A stretch of DNA of 64,000 nucleotides from Candidatus Saccharimonadales bacterium. GTDB taxonomy: Bacteria; Patescibacteriota; Saccharimonadia; Saccharimonadales; UBA10212. The notes under the pieces are model-generated. The model was not told where the DNA came from. It saw only the letters and a program-made list of their open reading frames with translations, and did not search any database. The DNA lies in assembly GCA_036507655.1 (NCBI GenBank), contig DATCIS010000019.1, positions 10,736 to 74,735 on the forward strand. Reading direction: 5' to 3'. Below are positions 1 to 8,691 of this stretch, piece by piece (the stretch's first letter is position 1; each line of letters begins with the position of its first letter). A program made the position numbers and the translations under genes.

Positions 1-341
1 TCATCGGCAATATTATTGGCGATCTGCAGCAGAAGCGTACTTTTGCCCATTCCCGGCTGTCCGGCCAACAGATTAACGCTACCGGCCACCAGCCCACCAC
101 CCAAAACATCATCAACATCGACACTTTTGGTAGAAATTCTCTTTGTCCTGGTAATCGCTGCCTGAGCAACCGACTCAATATTAAGCCGTTTGCCGCTCGT
201 GCCAGCGGTAGATGTGCTAACCTCGATTTGCTCTTGGAGCGTATTCCACTCGCTACAAACACGGCAACGGCCGGTCCAGGTGGTACTTAGGGCGCCACAA
301 TTACTACAAACATACCTAACCCCCAAAGACCTTTTCGCCAT
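1..341 (-). CDS. radA: DNA repair protein RadA/Sms, N-terminal part (runs off window start)
   Basis: Not in ORF track; manual translation from ATG at 341 gives MAKRSLGVRYVCSNCGALSTTWTGRCRVCSEWNTLQE (RadA C4 zinc finger) and later GQPGMGKSTLLLQ (Walker A). Confidence 0.95.
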   Translation of the reverse strand, partial: MAKRSLGVRYVCSNCGALSTTWTGRCRVCSEWNTLQEQIEVSTSTAGTSGKRLNIESVAQAAITRTKRISTKSVDVDDVLGGGLVAGSVNLLAGQPGMGKSTLLLQIANNIAD

Positions 342-358
342 AGCAACAGTTTAGCAGA

Positions 359-1342
359 CTAATTTGCAGACTGCGGTGAAAGACTGGTATCAAGAGACTC
401 GTATAAACTACTTAATTCGGCGGCTAATTCGTTATGGAGCGCAACCAATCTGTTATATTCGGCAATATCGCTTTTTAGTTGGATAATACCGGCATTATAG
501 TCGTTTACTGCCGCGTTAAAAGCCGTCACGGCAGCATTATATTCATTGACTCGCCCAGACACCCGCAGGCTATTCAGATGCCTTCTATCGGCTTCAAGCT
601 GGTCGAGTTGGCTGCTCAAGGCCTGCTCTTGGTTGTCTATCTTGTCCTTCAGAGTAGCCAGTTGCTGCTCGTAATCCTTGATCTTAGCTATGCGACTGGA
701 GAATTCGTCAGCATATTTACTGGCAAAAGCTACAACCGCCGAGCGGTTAGTGAAATAGCGCTGGTAATATGTCTCAAGCTCGGTATTTAGCACGCCTATC
801 TCAGTTGCAAAGATTGAATGCATCTCATTTAGTAGTTCGTCTGGTTCGGTCTGTTTATAGGTATCGATGGTCTCGAGAACTCTTTTATCATTAAGGTTGT
901 TGGTATAAAAATCATTCAAGAGCCCGTTAATACGTTGCTTCTCGCTCTGATTAAGGCGATCGTAAGCAGCGTGCAGCATTTCATGTGCCGCGGTGACCTC
1001 GACCACGCCGCTGAGCCTCGTGTCCTGAACGTTATAGATATAAATCACGCTGCTAAAGCTTGAGTGGTAACAACCAAGCACAATCGTTCGCTCAAAGCTC
1101 GGACAGGCTTGACGGAAAGCGGCGGCTTCTTCGATTAAATCAGGATGAGTGACATAAAATATGTGCTCGGCATCATCTGTCATAGTATCAGCTTTGGCAA
1201 TAGCCGTTATTTCTGGTGGCGGGGTGTAATTTCTGAGCCTCAGCCAATCCTCTATGGCCTGCAGATTAAACAGGCCAAATATCAGAAGCGCTAAGACTAC
1301 CAGGCTTGTTAACCCTACAAATACCCGCCTGAATCCGCTCAT
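359..1342 (-). CDS. Membrane-anchored putative zinc metallopeptidase with C-terminal coiled coil
   Basis: N-terminal TM helix, HExxH motif (AAHEMLH) with downstream NEMHS, heptad-rich C-terminus. Confidence 0.6.
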   Translation of the reverse strand: MSGFRRVFVGLTSLVVLALLIFGLFNLQAIEDWLRLRNYTPPPEITAIAKADTMTDDAEHIFYVTHPDLIEEAAAFRQACPSFERTIVLGCYHSSFSSVIYIYNVQDTRLSGVVEVTAAHEMLHAAYDRLNQSEKQRINGLLNDFYTNNLNDKRVLETIDTYKQTEPDELLNEMHSIFATEIGVLNTELETYYQRYFTNRSAVVAFASKYADEFSSRIAKIKDYEQQLATLKDKIDNQEQALSSQLDQLEADRRHLNSLRVSGRVNEYNAAVTAFNAAVNDYNAGIIQLKSDIAEYNRLVALHNELAAELSSLYESLDTSLSPQSAN

Positions 1343-1421
1343 GATTGTCCTACTAGTATATCAATGTCAGAGCCAGCCATTTCTTTGGCGACGCGGCCGG
1401 AGAAAGACCAATGGCGAGCGA

Positions 1422-3917
1422 CTATTCATTCTTGGATGAATAAGCCAGCTCAGGTTCTTTTCGCTTCTGTGATTTCTTAACCGCTACAGATACAACGTCA
1501 CCCTTGTGGAAAGTATCCTCCAACAGGCCGGCAGCAATCGCGTCTTCCAGAGTTTCCTGTAGCAAACGGCGCATCGGCCGGGCACCGTTATGCGCGTCGT
1601 AGCCTTTCTCAAGCAGATAGTCTTTGGCTGTTTTATTCACCTGCAGGCCGATGCCTTTTTTGACAAGACGGCTGCGTAGATCGTCAAGCTGTAAGTCTAA
1701 AATCCTCAAAGCGTCTTTCTTGGTTAGGGCGCGGAAGACGATTATCTTATCGATACGGTTCAGTAGTTCAGGCCTCATCATTCTTTTAATCTCGTCCAGG
1801 ACTTTTGTCTTGTTAGCGTCGTGCAGCTCATCAAGATTGTCCAGATCAGCAGCGCTAATAGCCGAGAAGCCAAAACTGGCCTCTTTTTGCAGTTTTTCGG
1901 CGCCGAGGTTACTGGTCATGATAATGATTGTATTCGTAAAGTCGATCTTACGGCCTTTGGCATCACTTAAAACACCGTCTTCAAGGATTTGCAGTAGAAT
2001 ATTGAAGACTTCCGGGTGGGCCTTCTCGATTTCGTCGAACAGCACTACGCTGTATGGCTGATGACGGATTTTATCCGTCAGCCGGCCGCCGTCGTCATAA
2101 CCTACGTACCCGGCCGGTGCGCCGACTAACCTGGCAACCGTGTGATGCTCACTAAATTCACTCATGTCGATTTTGACCAGCGTTTCTTCCGAACCGAAGA
2201 ACTCGCGGGCCAGCACACGGGCTAATTCTGTCTTGCCAACACCCGTCGGGCCAAGAAAAATAAATGAACCAATCGGCCTTTTTTCAGACGAGATACCGCT
2301 GCGTGAGCGGCGGACGGCCCGGGCTACGGTAGACACCGCTTCATCTTGGCCGATGATGTGCTTGCTCAAATTCTTCTCTAAACTAACAAGATACTTCGCC
2401 TCGGCGCGAATCACCTTGGTTACCGGAACACCTGTCATCCGTGATACGGTTTCAGCCACATCATCTGCGGACAAAGTTATCGGTTTACCAGCTTTGTGTG
2501 TCTTCTCAAGCTCTTTCATCTTTTCGTTAAGTTGGCTGGCAATCTGCTTTTCGCGCGCCGCTTTTTCATAATCTTCGGCATCAACCGCGTCTTCAATTCG
2601 TCCATTGACCAGTTTAAGTTCTTTTTGCAGCTGCCGCAGCTCGGGCGGAGTCTTACCCTTGTTTACTCGCAGGTAGGCGGCTGTTTCATCCAGCAAATCG
2701 ATAGCCTTATCCGGCATATAGCGGTCATTAATGTAACGGCGAGCGAATTGGACGGTGTCATCCAGCACTTCGTCATCAACCTTGACGCCGTGGAATTCCT
2801 CGTAGTATTTGCGCAAGCCCTTCAGAATAGCCAAAGTCTCAGACGGAGTGGCTTCAGGCACTTGGACCGGCTGGAAACGGCGTTCCAAGGCCGCATCTTT
2901 TTCGACGTGGCGGGTATATTCATCGGTAGTTGTTGCACCAACTAAGCGGATTTTGCCACGAGCCAGGCTCGGTTTGAGTATGTTGCCGGCATCCATTGAG
3001 CCTTCGGCAGCGCCGGCACCGACGATTAGGTGTAGCTCGTCAACGAAAACGATGGTTTCTTTGTCATTCTCGAGCTCGGCGATGACTTTCTTGAGACGGT
3101 CTTCGAACTCTCCGCGGTACTTAGTACCGGCAATCATACCGGCCAAGTCCAATGTAATAATTCGCTTGTTTAACAGGCTATCGGGCACTTCTTCATTGAT
3201 GATGCGTTGGGCAATACCCTCAACGATGGCTGTCTTTCCAACGCCAGGTTCGCCGATGAGCACCGGATTATTCTTGGTGCGGCGGTTCAGAATGGTAATT
3301 ACACGGCGGATTTGGGCTTCACGGCCGACTACTGGGTCTAGTTTGTTTTTACGCGCCAAATCGGTCATATCAGTGCCAAAGAATTCGAGTGTAGTTCTTC
3401 GCCCGCTTTTGCCCCGCCGGCGACCGGTGGCTCCGGATCTGTCATCTTCGTATTGCTGACGGTTAAGAAACTGTTCGACTTCGCCGCTCAGACGGTCGAT
3501 ATCCACCCCCATATCGCGCAGTAGAGTGGTAGCCCGGGCGTTCTTCTGGCTCAAAATGCTGTACAAGATGTGTTCTGTACCGCAGTAATCCTGATTAAAT
3601 TCCTGGGCGATTTCCCAAGCCATCTTCAAAGTTAACTTGGCGGTTTCGGATAGACCTTTACCGCCCATGTTAATAACTAGAGTCTTTGGTGTCAGATTAA
3701 GAGCCAAGCGCGCTCTGTCTAAATTAACGCCAACTCCTTCTAAAATTTTCGAACCCATTGAGCCCTCCTGGGCTAATACTCCTAGCAGCAGATGCTCGGT
3801 GCCAATGTAAGCGCTGCCCGATGCCCGGGCAATGGCGTCAGCGTGTTTTAATGAATGCAACGCGTTATTAGTCAAATGGCTTAAAAATTCTTGAAAATCC
3901 GGTGAATTTGGAATCAT
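1422..3917 (-). CDS. clpC: ATP-dependent Clp protease ATP-binding subunit ClpC
   Basis: Two Clp-N repeats, Walker A GEPGVGKT and GPTGVGKT, pore loops KYRG and GYVGY, UVR-like M domain, FGF ClpP-docking loop. Confidence 0.95.
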   Translation of the reverse strand: MIPNSPDFQEFLSHLTNNALHSLKHADAIARASGSAYIGTEHLLLGVLAQEGSMGSKILEGVGVNLDRARLALNLTPKTLVINMGGKGLSETAKLTLKMAWEIAQEFNQDYCGTEHILYSILSQKNARATTLLRDMGVDIDRLSGEVEQFLNRQQYEDDRSGATGRRRGKSGRRTTLEFFGTDMTDLARKNKLDPVVGREAQIRRVITILNRRTKNNPVLIGEPGVGKTAIVEGIAQRIINEEVPDSLLNKRIITLDLAGMIAGTKYRGEFEDRLKKVIAELENDKETIVFVDELHLIVGAGAAEGSMDAGNILKPSLARGKIRLVGATTTDEYTRHVEKDAALERRFQPVQVPEATPSETLAILKGLRKYYEEFHGVKVDDEVLDDTVQFARRYINDRYMPDKAIDLLDETAAYLRVNKGKTPPELRQLQKELKLVNGRIEDAVDAEDYEKAAREKQIASQLNEKMKELEKTHKAGKPITLSADDVAETVSRMTGVPVTKVIRAEAKYLVSLEKNLSKHIIGQDEAVSTVARAVRRSRSGISSEKRPIGSFIFLGPTGVGKTELARVLAREFFGSEETLVKIDMSEFSEHHTVARLVGAPAGYVGYDDGGRLTDKIRHQPYSVVLFDEIEKAHPEVFNILLQILEDGVLSDAKGRKIDFTNTIIIMTSNLGAEKLQKEASFGFSAISAADLDNLDELHDANKTKVLDEIKRMMRPELLNRIDKIIVFRALTKKDALRILDLQLDDLRSRLVKKGIGLQVNKTAKDYLLEKGYDAHNGARPMRRLLQETLEDAIAAGLLEDTFHKGDVVSVAVKKSQKRKEPELAYSSKNE

Positions 3918-3942
3918 AAATAAATTTTACTCCGTAAAATTT

Positions 3943-3991
3943 AGCTGTTAGCCGATAGCCGTTAGCTAATAGCTAGCAGCTAATCGCTAAT
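3943..3991. repeat. Degenerate 7-bp tandem repeat (AGCYNNN x7) in the clpC leader
   Basis: agctgtt agccgat agccgtt agctaat agctagc agctaat cgctaat; exact 7-nt period. Confidence 0.9.
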
Positions 3992-4008
3992 AGATATTGT
4001 AGCACAAA

Positions 4009-4035
4009 TTAGCACTCGTCAAGTTAGAGTGCTAA
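4009..4035. promoter_or_regulatory. CIRCE element (HrcA operator) upstream of clpC
   Basis: Perfect TTAGCACTC-N9-GAGTGCTAA. Confidence 0.95.
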
Positions 4036-4083
4036 CTTGGGCTTATGCTTGCTATATCTCGGGTCGAGACTGATAATTGAGAT

Positions 4084-4557
4084 GTGAATTCAGGCGAAGT
4101 TTCAAGAGGTATCCCCGAAGCTGAAAAAGCAGCGGCTTATGATTTCTGTGAGTATATTAGGCACGCAGCCGAGCTAACCGAACAGGCAAAACGGCTTGAA
4201 TTGATAGCCCAAAGAGCCGGGTCAAATGTCATACAGAAAAGTATGTTTGGTAATTTACCTTTTGTGCTCAGTATTGATATCCCGTCAAGTACGGAGGCTT
4301 TCACCGTCCGAGATGATGATGTTATTGAGGAGCAACCGGCGGGTTTCGTGGCTACTGAAATACGGAGCGTCAGCGAGCATGGTGTTGAGTTTTATAATCG
4401 CAACACTGAAATCTGGCTTAAATTAAAGGGTTTTGAATTCGAAGTCTTTCCGGTTTTCGACGAACAGCAACCTGACACAGGGGGAATGGCCGAAGATTTA
4501 CTGGATGCAGCCCGAGAATCTAGTAAAGGTCTTGACCACTCCGACGACCTTGCCTAA
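4084..4557 (+). CDS. Hypothetical protein (acidic orphan)
   Basis: 157-aa ORF fills the gap between clpC and nusA; GATAAT 6 nt before GTG; no recognisable motif. Confidence 0.6.
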   Translation: MNSGEVSRGIPEAEKAAAYDFCEYIRHAAELTEQAKRLELIAQRAGSNVIQKSMFGNLPFVLSIDIPSSTEAFTVRDDDVIEEQPAGFVATEIRSVSEHGVEFYNRNTEIWLKLKGFEFEVFPVFDEQQPDTGGMAEDLLDAARESSKGLDHSDDLA

Positions 4558-5795
4558 TCCTGTGTCTCTTTTTCGTCTTTTACTTCTTTTTTCTGTTTAC
4601 TGTCACCTGTAACCTGTCCGCTACCCTCGGTGCCGTGTTCTTCGATGGCCTCGAGCAGGGAGCTTTCCATATCGGTCTTCTTTTTTACTTGCTGGACAAC
4701 TGGCTTGGATTCAACTCCCGGTTGGATTTCCTCGGGCTTTTCTCTAACACCCTCGGCTTTCTCGGCCTCGACATCCAGCTCGTAGCCAGTCAACTTACCG
4801 GCTAATCGGACATTTTGGCCAGCTTTACCAATAGCTACACTAAGTTGGTCTTCCGGCACAATTACTGTGGCTTTCCGGCTTTTTTCATCGACTTTTACAC
4901 GCGTCACATTGGCCGGTTTCATAGCATTAGCAATAAATGTCGCTAAATCATCATCCCAAACGACAATATCTATCATCTCCTGGCTGCCGATTTCATCACG
5001 CACGGCATTGATACGGGTACCATGCCCGCCAACGAAAGTACCCACTGGGTCAATCCCCGGCACGTTACTGGAGACGGCGATTTTGGAACGGATTCCGGCT
5101 TCTCGGGCAATGGCTTTAATTTCGACAGCATCGCCACCCATCTCTGGCACCTCGGCGCGGAAAAGCTGTTCAACAAACTCTTTAGCCCCACGGCTAACAA
5201 TCAACTGCGGGCCACGGACGCTTTTCTCGACCTCTTTCAGATAAAACTTCAGGCGTTGGCCGGGGTGATAATGCTCACCCTGAATCTGATCGCTGATTGG
5301 CATAATACCCTGACCACGGCCAAGCTCAACCCTTATCAATCGGCCCTCAACCCGGCTGACTATGCCGTTAACAACTGTGCCGACTTTATCTTCAAACTCG
5401 CTCAAAACAATCTCGCGTTCGGCTTCGCGCAATCGCTGTAAAATAACTTGCTTGGCTGTCTGGGCCGCTACGCGGCCAAACTCTTTGACATTTTGAATCA
5501 TCTCCACTGTCTCACCGACTTTGGCGTTTTTACGCACGGCTTGGGCTTCAGCCAAGCTAATCTGCATATTAGGGTCTTCAACATTCTCAACCACCTCTTT
5601 GCTGAGATAAACAGTAACTTCGCCGGTATTTAAATTCATGGTCGCCCGGACTTCCTGGTCGCGGTCGCCGTAATCACGCCGCCAAGCGGCAGCCAAGGCC
5701 TGTTGCACGATATCTTGCACCTGCTCTTCCGGCAGATTTTTCTCTTCGGCAATGACTTTAATTGCCTGGGCCAGTTGTTTGAAATCCATCTCCAT
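4554..5795 (-). CDS. nusA: Transcription termination/antitermination factor NusA
   Basis: FGRVAAQTAKQVILQ, S1 and KH domains, AIGKAGQNVRLA; charged C-terminal tail. Confidence 0.97.
   Translation of the reverse strand: MEMDFKQLAQAIKVIAEEKNLPEEQVQDIVQQALAAAWRRDYGDRDQEVRATMNLNTGEVTVYLSKEVVENVEDPNMQISLAEAQAVRKNAKVGETVEMIQNVKEFGRVAAQTAKQVILQRLREAEREIVLSEFEDKVGTVVNGIVSRVEGRLIRVELGRGQGIMPISDQIQGEHYHPGQRLKFYLKEVEKSVRGPQLIVSRGAKEFVEQLFRAEVPEMGGDAVEIKAIAREAGIRSKIAVSSNVPGIDPVGTFVGGHGTRINAVRDEIGSQEMIDIVVWDDDLATFIANAMKPANVTRVKVDEKSRKATVIVPEDQLSVAIGKAGQNVRLAGKLTGYELDVEAEKAEGVREKPEEIQPGVESKPVVQQVKKKTDMESSLLEAIEEHGTEGSGQVTGDSKQKKEVKDEKETQD
4593..4627. repeat. 7-bp tandem repeat inside the nusA 3' end
   Basis: ctgttta ctgtcac ctgtaac ctgtccg ctaccct; encodes GSGQVTGDSKQ. 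Confidence 0.7.
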
Positions 5796-5813
5796 TTTTT
5801 ATCTCCTTTCAAG

Positions 5814-5838
5814 AAAAAAGCCGACCTGAATCGGTCGG
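5814..5838 (-). terminator. Intrinsic terminator/attenuator in the nusA leader
   Basis: Minus strand CCGACC-GATTCA-GGTCGG-C-TTTTTT, between a putative promoter (5850-5878) and the nusA SD (AAAGGAG). Confidence 0.75.
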
Positions 5839-5849
5839 ACACTCATAGG

Positions 5850-5878
5850 AGGTTACCACACTATTGCTTCTACATCAA
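5850..5878 (-). promoter_or_regulatory. Putative sigma70 promoter for nusA
   Basis: TTGATG-17nt-TAACCT with extended -10 TG. Confidence 0.5.
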
Positions 5879-5879
5879 G

Positions 5880-7091
5880 CTAAACCGTAAATTGACCTTT
5901 TTGGTAGATGACTAACTCTTTACCGTTCTCTAAATTTGCGGTAACCGTCCGATCGGTAGTGGAAATCACGTCTGTGTGTGTTACTGAATCGTTAAAACCC
6001 AGCTTTTTTAAGACCGTCTTAGAGACATTAGACGAATGTTTTGAGTAGGTATCTTCGAATGATTTACCAACTGCTATGTGCATATTACCGTAGGGACCGC
6101 CCATGTTTTCGTCGTAGAGCTCTTCAGCCATCGGTTTTGTTATTCGAGATAAACGTTTGTCTGTTAGCGAGAACTCGCCCAGCTGCGATGAGCCTTTGTC
6201 AGTGTTGAGTAATTCCTTAAAGAACTTCTCGTTTCTGGTGGCCGAAACTTTAATAACTCTACCGGCCTTAAAATGAAGTTCTATGCCTTCTACCCTGGGG
6301 CCGTATTTAGCAACCGGATTATTAAATCGTGCCCAACCTTCGGTGCCGCGCCAATCAGGCGATGTGAAAACTTCGAAACTAGGGATATTCCGACCGCCAC
6401 CGCCCAGCCACTTACGATCCTTACCAATATTAATTCGTATGTCTGCGTCCCGACCGACTACGTGAATTTTGATGATTTTCAGGTCTGTTAATTTCTTAGC
6501 GACTCGATTGACCTCGGCGCTGACCTTCTTCCACTTAGCCACCGGATCGGCGTAATCTAAATAACAGGCCTTGATAATCTGGTCCCAATATTCTTTTGGG
6601 CTCAAGCCGGCTTCTTTAGCCATGGCGGGTGTTCCGTTAAGTGCTAACGTCCAGGTGTGTTTTCCGGCGTTTTCTTTTCGGTCTATCCATTCAATGAGCT
6701 TCTTTTTACTTTTTTGCTCTAAAAGCATCTTCTTAGGATCGACTCTGTCCAACTCACGTGTATTATGATCGCCTAGTATCGCTATTCGATGGTCTATATC
6801 AGCTACTAGCCCCTTATAAAAATTTTCCGGGAAGAAGGTTAGTTGCTCGTCAGTCGCATTTTTATACTTATATCGGTCCCAACCGCTCATATCGTCAACT
6901 ATAAGGCTGACGACATGCCCGCCACGATCGAAAACTGCCTTCCGTATCGCCCGGTAAAATGGTAGAGCCGACAGGGGCGTGGTCAAATAAACGAAATCGC
7001 CTTTTTTAATACCTTTGCCACCCCAAAGTGCAAAATTGACCAAAACTTTGGCATACTTCTCAAGAACCTCATCTGACGGCCGGTAACTCAT
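5880..7091 (-). CDS. Aminopeptidase, M29 (AmpS/PepS/thermophilic metalloprotease) family
   Basis: NIPSFEVFTSP, LGEF, YDEN, HIAVG, NDSVTHTD motifs; start moved to ATG 7091 (TATAAT 6 nt upstream). Confidence 0.9.
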   Translation of the reverse strand: MSYRPSDEVLEKYAKVLVNFALWGGKGIKKGDFVYLTTPLSALPFYRAIRKAVFDRGGHVVSLIVDDMSGWDRYKYKNATDEQLTFFPENFYKGLVADIDHRIAILGDHNTRELDRVDPKKMLLEQKSKKKLIEWIDRKENAGKHTWTLALNGTPAMAKEAGLSPKEYWDQIIKACYLDYADPVAKWKKVSAEVNRVAKKLTDLKIIKIHVVGRDADIRINIGKDRKWLGGGGRNIPSFEVFTSPDWRGTEGWARFNNPVAKYGPRVEGIELHFKAGRVIKVSATRNEKFFKELLNTDKGSSQLGEFSLTDKRLSRITKPMAEELYDENMGGPYGNMHIAVGKSFEDTYSKHSSNVSKTVLKKLGFNDSVTHTDVISTTDRTVTANLENGKELVIYQKGQFTV

Positions 7092-7138
7092 CAGCCAATT
7101 ATACCCCAACTGATGAACTAGCAAACATTTATCCCCCT

Positions 7139-7176
7139 GTACGTTATAACTTTGTTATAACAAAGTTATAACGTAC
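7139..7176. repeat. Perfect 38-bp palindrome containing three GTTATAAC boxes
   Basis: GTACGTTATAACTTTGTTA|TAACAAAGTTATAACGTAC; the halves are exact reverse complements. Confidence 0.95.
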
Positions 7177-7212
7177 TTCAAGGAGAGTGGGCGCAGTGCA
7201 AGTAGAGCCTGC

Positions 7213-7554
7213 TTACTCGACTTCGGTGATTTGGATATTTTCGAAACCGGAGCCGGTGACTTCGGCGACGACAAGTCGGTAGTCTCCTTCCCAGTCGTTC
7301 TGAGCGGCCCAGAAATGGGCAGCGAACTGAAGCTGTCTAAGTTTTTTTGGCGTAATGTATTCAAATCCGGAGCCATGCGACTCAGAGAATCGGTACTTGA
7401 CTTCTATAAAATGGATAGTTTTAGCTTTTTGGACGATGAGGTCTATTTCGCACCATCGTGTCCGCCAGTTTTTAGCCAAAATTTTATAGCCGTTTGCCAC
7501 TAGATATTCGGCCACCGCGGCTTCCGCTTGGCGACCTGTTGTGGTTGTTTTCAT
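7213..7554 (-). CDS. yraN: YraN (UPF0102) family endonuclease-like protein
   Basis: G..AE..V..YL..GY.IL.KNWR...EIDLI....IHFIEVK; downstream of rnhB as usual. Confidence 0.92.
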   Translation of the reverse strand: MKTTTTGRQAEAAVAEYLVANGYKILAKNWRTRWCEIDLIVQKAKTIHFIEVKYRFSESHGSGFEYITPKKLRQLQFAAHFWAAQNDWEGDYRLVVAEVTGSGFENIQITEVE

Positions 7555-8120
7555 CCTGCTTGATTGATCAACTTTGATACCGGAGAGTAAGACGCCCGAT
7601 GCACGAATTTTATTATGCCGAATGAGTTAATGGCTTTTAGGTGCTGGGCCGTACCATAGCCGACATGGTTTTCGAACTTATAAGACGGGTGTCTTTTGGC
7701 AAGCTCAATCATGAAATTATCCCTTGTGACCTTGGCATAAATACTAGCAGCTGAGACGATAGGCACTAAATTGTCAGCATCAACTAGACAACTGGTTTTT
7801 TTAAACTTCTTTGGCATGTAATTTACTTTGCCGTCCATAATAATTTCTTCGTCTTCTTGAGCCTCGATACCATTTAGGGCTCGCTTAATTCCAAGCTTCA
7901 AAGCCTTGGCTAATCCATATCTGTCAATCTCGACTGCTTTTATCCAGCCTTCACCAAACTCACATGTAATACTTAACTTGTTAAGTATTACATCTCTCTG
8001 TTTGCGACTTAATAGCTTTGAATCGCGCAGGCCGTTGGGCAGCTGCTTCTTTGCTCTGGCTGCCACCACTAAAATCGGCCCAGCTAAACAACCTCTACCT
8101 ACCTCGTCTACCCCAACCAT
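7551..8120 (-). CDS. rnhB: Ribonuclease HII
   Basis: GVDEVGRGCLAGP, DSKLL, AASIYAKVTRD, GYGT..H. Confidence 0.96.
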   Translation of the reverse strand: MVGVDEVGRGCLAGPILVVAARAKKQLPNGLRDSKLLSRKQRDVILNKLSITCEFGEGWIKAVEIDRYGLAKALKLGIKRALNGIEAQEDEEIIMDGKVNYMPKKFKKTSCLVDADNLVPIVSAASIYAKVTRDNFMIELAKRHPSYKFENHVGYGTAQHLKAINSFGIIKFVHRASYSPVSKLINQAG

Positions 8121-8220
8121 ATGAAACAGAATATAGAATTTAGAATTAAGAATCTAGGGTGATATCCTTTCAAATTGACTATGCTTGCAAACCATATTCT
8201 TACAAACTACTATTTAACAA

Positions 8221-8691
8221 ATGCCAAGAGTTTCCCAAGAAGAAAGACGTTGGAGCTATTTCGTCGAAATCGAAGACGTCGAAGAGCCGGACATGAAAGA
8301 TTTCGAAAGAGGGAAAAGGCTAGCTGAAGGCCTGGCAAAAATTAGGAACAGTCTTCTTAACGTAGACGATGAACACCTGAACATTAGATGGAGCTCCTTA
8401 AATAGGGCTCGTATCATAGTACTGCCTTCGTTTCCTGTTGAACGCGAAATAGTTAGGTCAGACGGGTTTTATGAATACACCTCTCCTCACGAAATTTCGG
8501 AGTCGGATATTCCTCTTGTAATCAACCATTTCGAGATAGTAAAGCCAAGGCTTGGGGAATCTATTCCTGAGGTCATTCTTATAAATGGCAGCGGTCCAAC
8601 TTATCACACGCCTCAAGGAGGATTCCAAGTTCAGGAACTTTACCGCAGTCTCGACTTATTACCACACAAGGTAGCAATGCAGAAGAGATAG
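8221..8691 (+). CDS. Hypothetical protein (orphan)
   Basis: 156-aa ORF with own promoter-like TTGCAA-17-TACTAT; no recognisable motif. Confidence 0.6.
   Translation: MPRVSQEERRWSYFVEIEDVEEPDMKDFERGKRLAEGLAKIRNSLLNVDDEHLNIRWSSLNRARIIVLPSFPVEREIVRSDGFYEYTSPHEISESDIPLVINHFEIVKPRLGESIPEVILINGSGPTYHTPQGGFQVQELYRSLDLLPHKVAMQKR

Noticed and set aside
1624-3459. Long antisense ORFs in the track (e.g. 2809-3459; also 16966-17538, 39263-39877, 40051-40647)
   Set aside because: They lie opposite well-conserved genes and have no motifs; typical shadow ORFs.
3943-3991. Repeat arrays as CRISPR
   Set aside because: Units are 7 bp and contiguous with no unique spacers; no cas genes in the window.
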